Shown in pieces: positions 54,232-57,238 of a stretch of 57,238 nt of DNA. The notes under the pieces are model-generated. The model searched no databases. It saw only the letters and a program-made list of their open reading frames with translations, and was not told where the DNA came from. A program made the translations under genes and the position numbers. The stretch is from Bradymonadia bacterium (GTDB lineage Bacteria > Myxococcota_A > Bradymonadia > UBA7976 > UBA1532), in the NCBI GenBank assembly GCA_046290225.1, contig JBKAGE010000060.1, positions 1-57,238 on the forward strand. Direction: 5' to 3'. Every line of letters starts with the position of its first letter. Positions within the stretch are counted from its first letter, which is position 1.

Positions 54232-55467
54232 ATGCGCGTCTTGTATCCCACACTCCTCTGCTCAAGCATTTGCTGTCTGCTCTGTGCCACAGCCCTGGCT
54301 GATCCACGGCCGCCTGTGGCCGACGAAGATCTGCCCCCAGGCATGAAGCCAGTGCACCAGTCGGCGAGCGGTGCCATCGACAAGGGCCAAAAGCCCCAAG
54401 CGACACCAGAGCCCGAGGCTGAGAAGAACACTGAGAAGAAGAACTCAGAGAAGAAGCAGGCCAAAGCCAGCAAGAAAGCCAAGAAGACCGCCAAGCGCAA
54501 GGTGGCCAGGAAGCGTCGGCAGTCGAAGAAGCCCAAGGGCCACAAGTCCTGTGACTACCTGACCCCTTTGCACACCCACGAGGTGTTCAAGGGCGAGATC
54601 CTCGGTGAGATCGCCGGCCGATATGGCGTGACCATCACTGATCTCAAGACGCTCAACCCCCGAGATCTCCGCAACCCTGATCGCATCTTCCCTGGCATGA
54701 AGCTGGCGGTGTGCCCGAGCATTCCCCCTCGGGAGCGCCTGCGGGAGGACTACCTCGTGCGGCGTCGCGACACCTTGTCGAAGATCGCCAAACGGTTCGA
54801 TCTCACCGTAGACGAGCTGGTCTCGTTCCAAGGCCGCAAGTTCAACCGGAAGAAGGGCCTCAAGGTGGGGCAGAAGCTGGTCATCTGGCGAGATGGTGAC
54901 GTGCTCGCGGCCTTCGCTCCACCTGACCAGGACAAGGGCAAGCTGAAGATGAGCTACCGGCTGCGCAAGAGCGGCCACTATCACATCAAGCGCCCCCACC
55001 GTTCTTTCGGCACGCGCTCTACGGTGCAGCTCATCTACAAAGTGATGAACACGTACCGTCGCAAATACAAAGGCCCCGTGGTGGTGATGGGGGATTTGAG
55101 CAAGAAGGGCGGGGGTCAGATCTCGGGCCACGTGTCGCACCAGACGGGCATGGACGTGGACATCGGCTTCGTGCACACCCGCAAGGCCGGCAAGCTCAAG
55201 GACTTCATCAAGGCCACGAAGAGCAATCTCGACGTGAAGCGCACCTGGGGGCTGGTGCACGCGTTCCTGAAGACCAATCAGATTCGGTACATGTTCATCG
55301 ACTATGACGTGCAAGCGCGCTTGTACAAGTACGCCCGTAAGCGCGGCGTCTCGAAGAACAAGCTCTCACAGTGGTTCCAGTACCCGCGCAGCAAGAAGCG
55401 GGCGTACGGCATCGTGCGTCACTGGAAGAACCACGACGATCATATTCACGTGCGGTTCAGGAAGTAA
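54232..55467 (+). CDS. Secreted LysM x2 + MepA-like (penicillin-insensitive) murein endopeptidase
   Basis: Signal peptide ending ALA; two LysM (GEILGEIAGRYGV...N; RDTLSKIAKRF); GDLS..GGG...GHVSHQTGMDVD and HDDHIHVR zinc motifs. Confidence 0.88.
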   Translation: MRVLYPTLLCSSICCLLCATALADPRPPVADEDLPPGMKPVHQSASGAIDKGQKPQATPEPEAEKNTEKKNSEKKQAKASKKAKKTAKRKVARKRRQSKKPKGHKSCDYLTPLHTHEVFKGEILGEIAGRYGVTITDLKTLNPRDLRNPDRIFPGMKLAVCPSIPPRERLREDYLVRRRDTLSKIAKRFDLTVDELVSFQGRKFNRKKGLKVGQKLVIWRDGDVLAAFAPPDQDKGKLKMSYRLRKSGHYHIKRPHRSFGTRSTVQLIYKVMNTYRRKYKGPVVVMGDLSKKGGGQISGHVSHQTGMDVDIGFVHTRKAGKLKDFIKATKSNLDVKRTWGLVHAFLKTNQIRYMFIDYDVQARLYKYARKRGVSKNKLSQWFQYPRSKKRAYGIVRHWKNHDDHIHVRFRK

Positions 55468-55468
55468 T

Positions 55469-57055
55469 CTACGCCCTCAACACCATGATGGGCTTGCCAC
55501 TCGGGCTCGTGTGTTGCTCGAACCGGGTGCGCTCATAGACGTCAGCGGCGTCATCACGCATGTCGAAGATGACGAGCCAGCCATGATCTACTCCCGTGCG
55601 AGCAAGATAGTCGTCGATCTGTTCGAGGCCTCTGTGTAGAGGATCTCCGTGGCGGTCTCCGGTGGCCCATCGCTTGAGTTCGATGACTTCGCGCTGAACC
55701 TGTCGGCCTTCTGGGCTTTCGTATGGCCATCTGACCAACAGATCTATGCGACCACGACCGACGCCATACTCTCTATCGATGAAGCCTCCGCCGTTCACCA
55801 CGCGTTGTAGAAACGCCATCATCACGATTTGCGCCGTGGCTTCGGGGTAGGTCTGCCCTGGGCGAGCCATGGCCTCGCCGTGCTCCATCCAGAATTCGAC
55901 GAAGGCCTGCAGCGCCCCCTGCATGTCGAAGCGCCCGTCAGCGCCCACGAACCGTGCAGGCTCAGCGTTGATGCGTGGGGTGTAGTTTGCCGTGAGCGCT
56001 CGAACCATCACCTCCTGGTAGATCGGGTTCGCTGGACGCACGGGGGCGTCGCGGGCGATGAGGCCCAGGTCGGTGACATAGCGTACATCGTCGTCGTAGG
56101 TGATGTCGGAGCTCGTCTGTGGCGCACCGCTGGAGATGAGCGGCTCAAGAACACGTCGAACTGGCTCTTCGTGGAGCCGAGCGACGAGGGAATCCAGGTG
56201 CGTAGCCCGTGTCAAAATCAGTCGTTCTTTGGCGGTCTCTACATGCTCGATGGAGATGGGGCCGTCGATCTCCATCTCGTCGATGATCTCAGCGGCGAGG
56301 CTGTTCACCAGCCAGGGCTGACCTTGGGTGAGGTCGAAGGCTTTGGCAACAGCATCTTCGCTGAAGGCTTGCCCCGTGGCCTCGGTATGCTGTCGATACA
56401 GCGTGCCCACCTCATCGGCGGTGAACATGGGCATCGTGAGCGACTTCACCTTGATGTTGAACGGACTCGAGGTGCCCAGTCGCTGGGGATCTCCACCGCT
56501 GGCGGCTTTGTAGTCACGTACGTCTCTCAGCCCGCACAGCACAACGGACCATGGCGCATGACGTGGCCGGTTGATGAAGCCCGCGCGCAGCTGCCGGAGC
56601 ACGGCGTTGAGGGATTCACCCCGCAAGGCGTCGATCTCGTCGAAGAACAGCACAAGAGGCTTGGGGCAGGCCTGGGCCCATTGGTCGAGGGCATTGGTCA
56701 GGCTGGGCGCAGGGGCGTCGGTGAAGTTTGCCGGGGGTTGGAGACCTGAGGGGAGTTGTTGTTGTGCGGCCTGTACGATGCTGCCGAGGACTTGTTGCTG
56801 CGCACCTTCTGGGTCGTTTGGCCACGCTGCACCGGCTTCGCAGGAGAAGTACAACGCGGCGTATCGGCCCTCGCGGGTGATGTCTTCGGCGATGGCTTGA
56901 AGGCTGGTGCTCTTGCCGCACTGTCGAGGGGCGTGCACGACGACGTACTGCCCACGAGCGACGTGCCGTTTGAGGGTAGCGAGCCGCGGGGCCGCCGGCA
57001 GCATGTAGTGCATGGCTTCGATACACGGGCCGGTGGTGTTGAAGAACTTGTCCAT
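55469..57055 (-). CDS. AAA-family ATPase with C-terminal PD-(D/E)XK nuclease-like domain
   Basis: FFNTTGPC start; HAPRQCGKST Walker A; LFFDEID Walker B; SPFNIK; T.GQPWLVN; GRGRIDL...VIELK; RBS AGGAG. Confidence 0.88.
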   Translation of the reverse strand: MDKFFNTTGPCIEAMHYMLPAAPRLATLKRHVARGQYVVVHAPRQCGKSTSLQAIAEDITREGRYAALYFSCEAGAAWPNDPEGAQQQVLGSIVQAAQQQLPSGLQPPANFTDAPAPSLTNALDQWAQACPKPLVLFFDEIDALRGESLNAVLRQLRAGFINRPRHAPWSVVLCGLRDVRDYKAASGGDPQRLGTSSPFNIKVKSLTMPMFTADEVGTLYRQHTEATGQAFSEDAVAKAFDLTQGQPWLVNSLAAEIIDEMEIDGPISIEHVETAKERLILTRATHLDSLVARLHEEPVRRVLEPLISSGAPQTSSDITYDDDVRYVTDLGLIARDAPVRPANPIYQEVMVRALTANYTPRINAEPARFVGADGRFDMQGALQAFVEFWMEHGEAMARPGQTYPEATAQIVMMAFLQRVVNGGGFIDREYGVGRGRIDLLVRWPYESPEGRQVQREVIELKRWATGDRHGDPLHRGLEQIDDYLARTGVDHGWLVIFDMRDDAADVYERTRFEQHTSPSGKPIMVLRA

Positions 57056-57079
57056 GCGGGCTCCTGTGCGTGCGGGGAA

Positions 57080-57088
57080 AGCATATCA
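57080..57088 (-). promoter_or_regulatory. Possible extended -10 promoter (TGaTATGCT) of the AAA gene
   Basis: Minus strand TGATATGCT, 25 nt upstream of ATG 57055. Confidence 0.35.
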
Positions 57089-57139
57089 TGGGAAGGAGCG
57101 CACTCGGTCTCATGGAGACTCCGGAAGTCTGGTATACCC

Positions 57140-57238
57140 CAGGGCAATCGCACGTTAAAACCCGGTGAGGACTTGGACTAAGAAGGGCCTGTCCCAACCG
57201 GCGATGCGGCGTTTGGCGGACATGCTGCATTTCTTGGG
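57140..57238 (-). mobile_element. Right end of ISAs1-family insertion sequence (transposase C-terminus plus IR)
   Basis: Minus strand 57238-57155 reads PKKCSMSAKRRIAGWDRPFLVQVLTGF*, resembling the S.+.KR..AGWD..(Y/F)L..VL end of ISAs1 transposases. It is followed by GTGCGATTGCCCTG (plus strand CAGGGCAATCGCAC, 57140-57153), the CAGGG terminus typical of ISAs1. Confidence 0.8.

Noticed and set aside
1..57238. Whole window as a composite transposon or genomic island
   Set aside because: The two ends belong to different IS families and the interior holds host-like genes (malQ, prmA, elb) at uniform GC.

Overview
High-GC bacterial DNA (roughly 65-70% by eye). The gene content points to a Myxococcota/myxobacterium-like organism: an ElbD-type ether-lipid enzyme, Hanks-type kinases, myxococcal cysteine-rich repeat lipoproteins and a DUF1501 pair. 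Both window ends fall inside insertion sequences: the 3' end and right IR of an IS66-family element (1-101) and of an ISAs1-family element (57140-57238). The window is therefore probably a whole contig broken at multicopy IS elements. Contents in order: (1) a ~1 kb low-GC islet with an orphan lipoprotein-like gene and an IS-interrupted gene start; (2) an elb-like ether-lipid operon (HAD, LarA-like, FAR-ACS-ACP-PlsC fused to an extra SCP2-like domain, SDR, and a translationally coupled 650-aa unknown); (3) bestrophin, monoheme cytochrome c and a RomA/NAPE-PLD-like MBL hydrolase; (4) a minus-strand run of lipoprotein, prmA, acidic unknown, malQ, ATP-grasp and GH-like lipoprotein; (5) a C2-like lipoprotein, heptaheme cytochrome, GGCT and HEAT run; (6) M50 peptidase, soluble kinase, DUF1501 plus diheme lipoprotein; (7) a membrane kinase, TPR protein and 1755-aa lipoprotein triad; (8) class V aminotransferase and EamA transporter; (9) two tandem giant modular paralogous lipoproteins; (10) LysM-MepA endopeptidase and AAA-PD-(D/E)XK protein. 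I saw no rRNA, tRNA, CRISPR array or reverse transcriptase. The best candidates for undescribed biology are the extended ether-lipid operon, the shared Cys-Asp-Asp lipoprotein N-terminus, the kinase-TPR-lipoprotein envelope module, and the recombining giant lipoprotein pair with a His/Cys module. All family calls come from motif recognition, not database searches.
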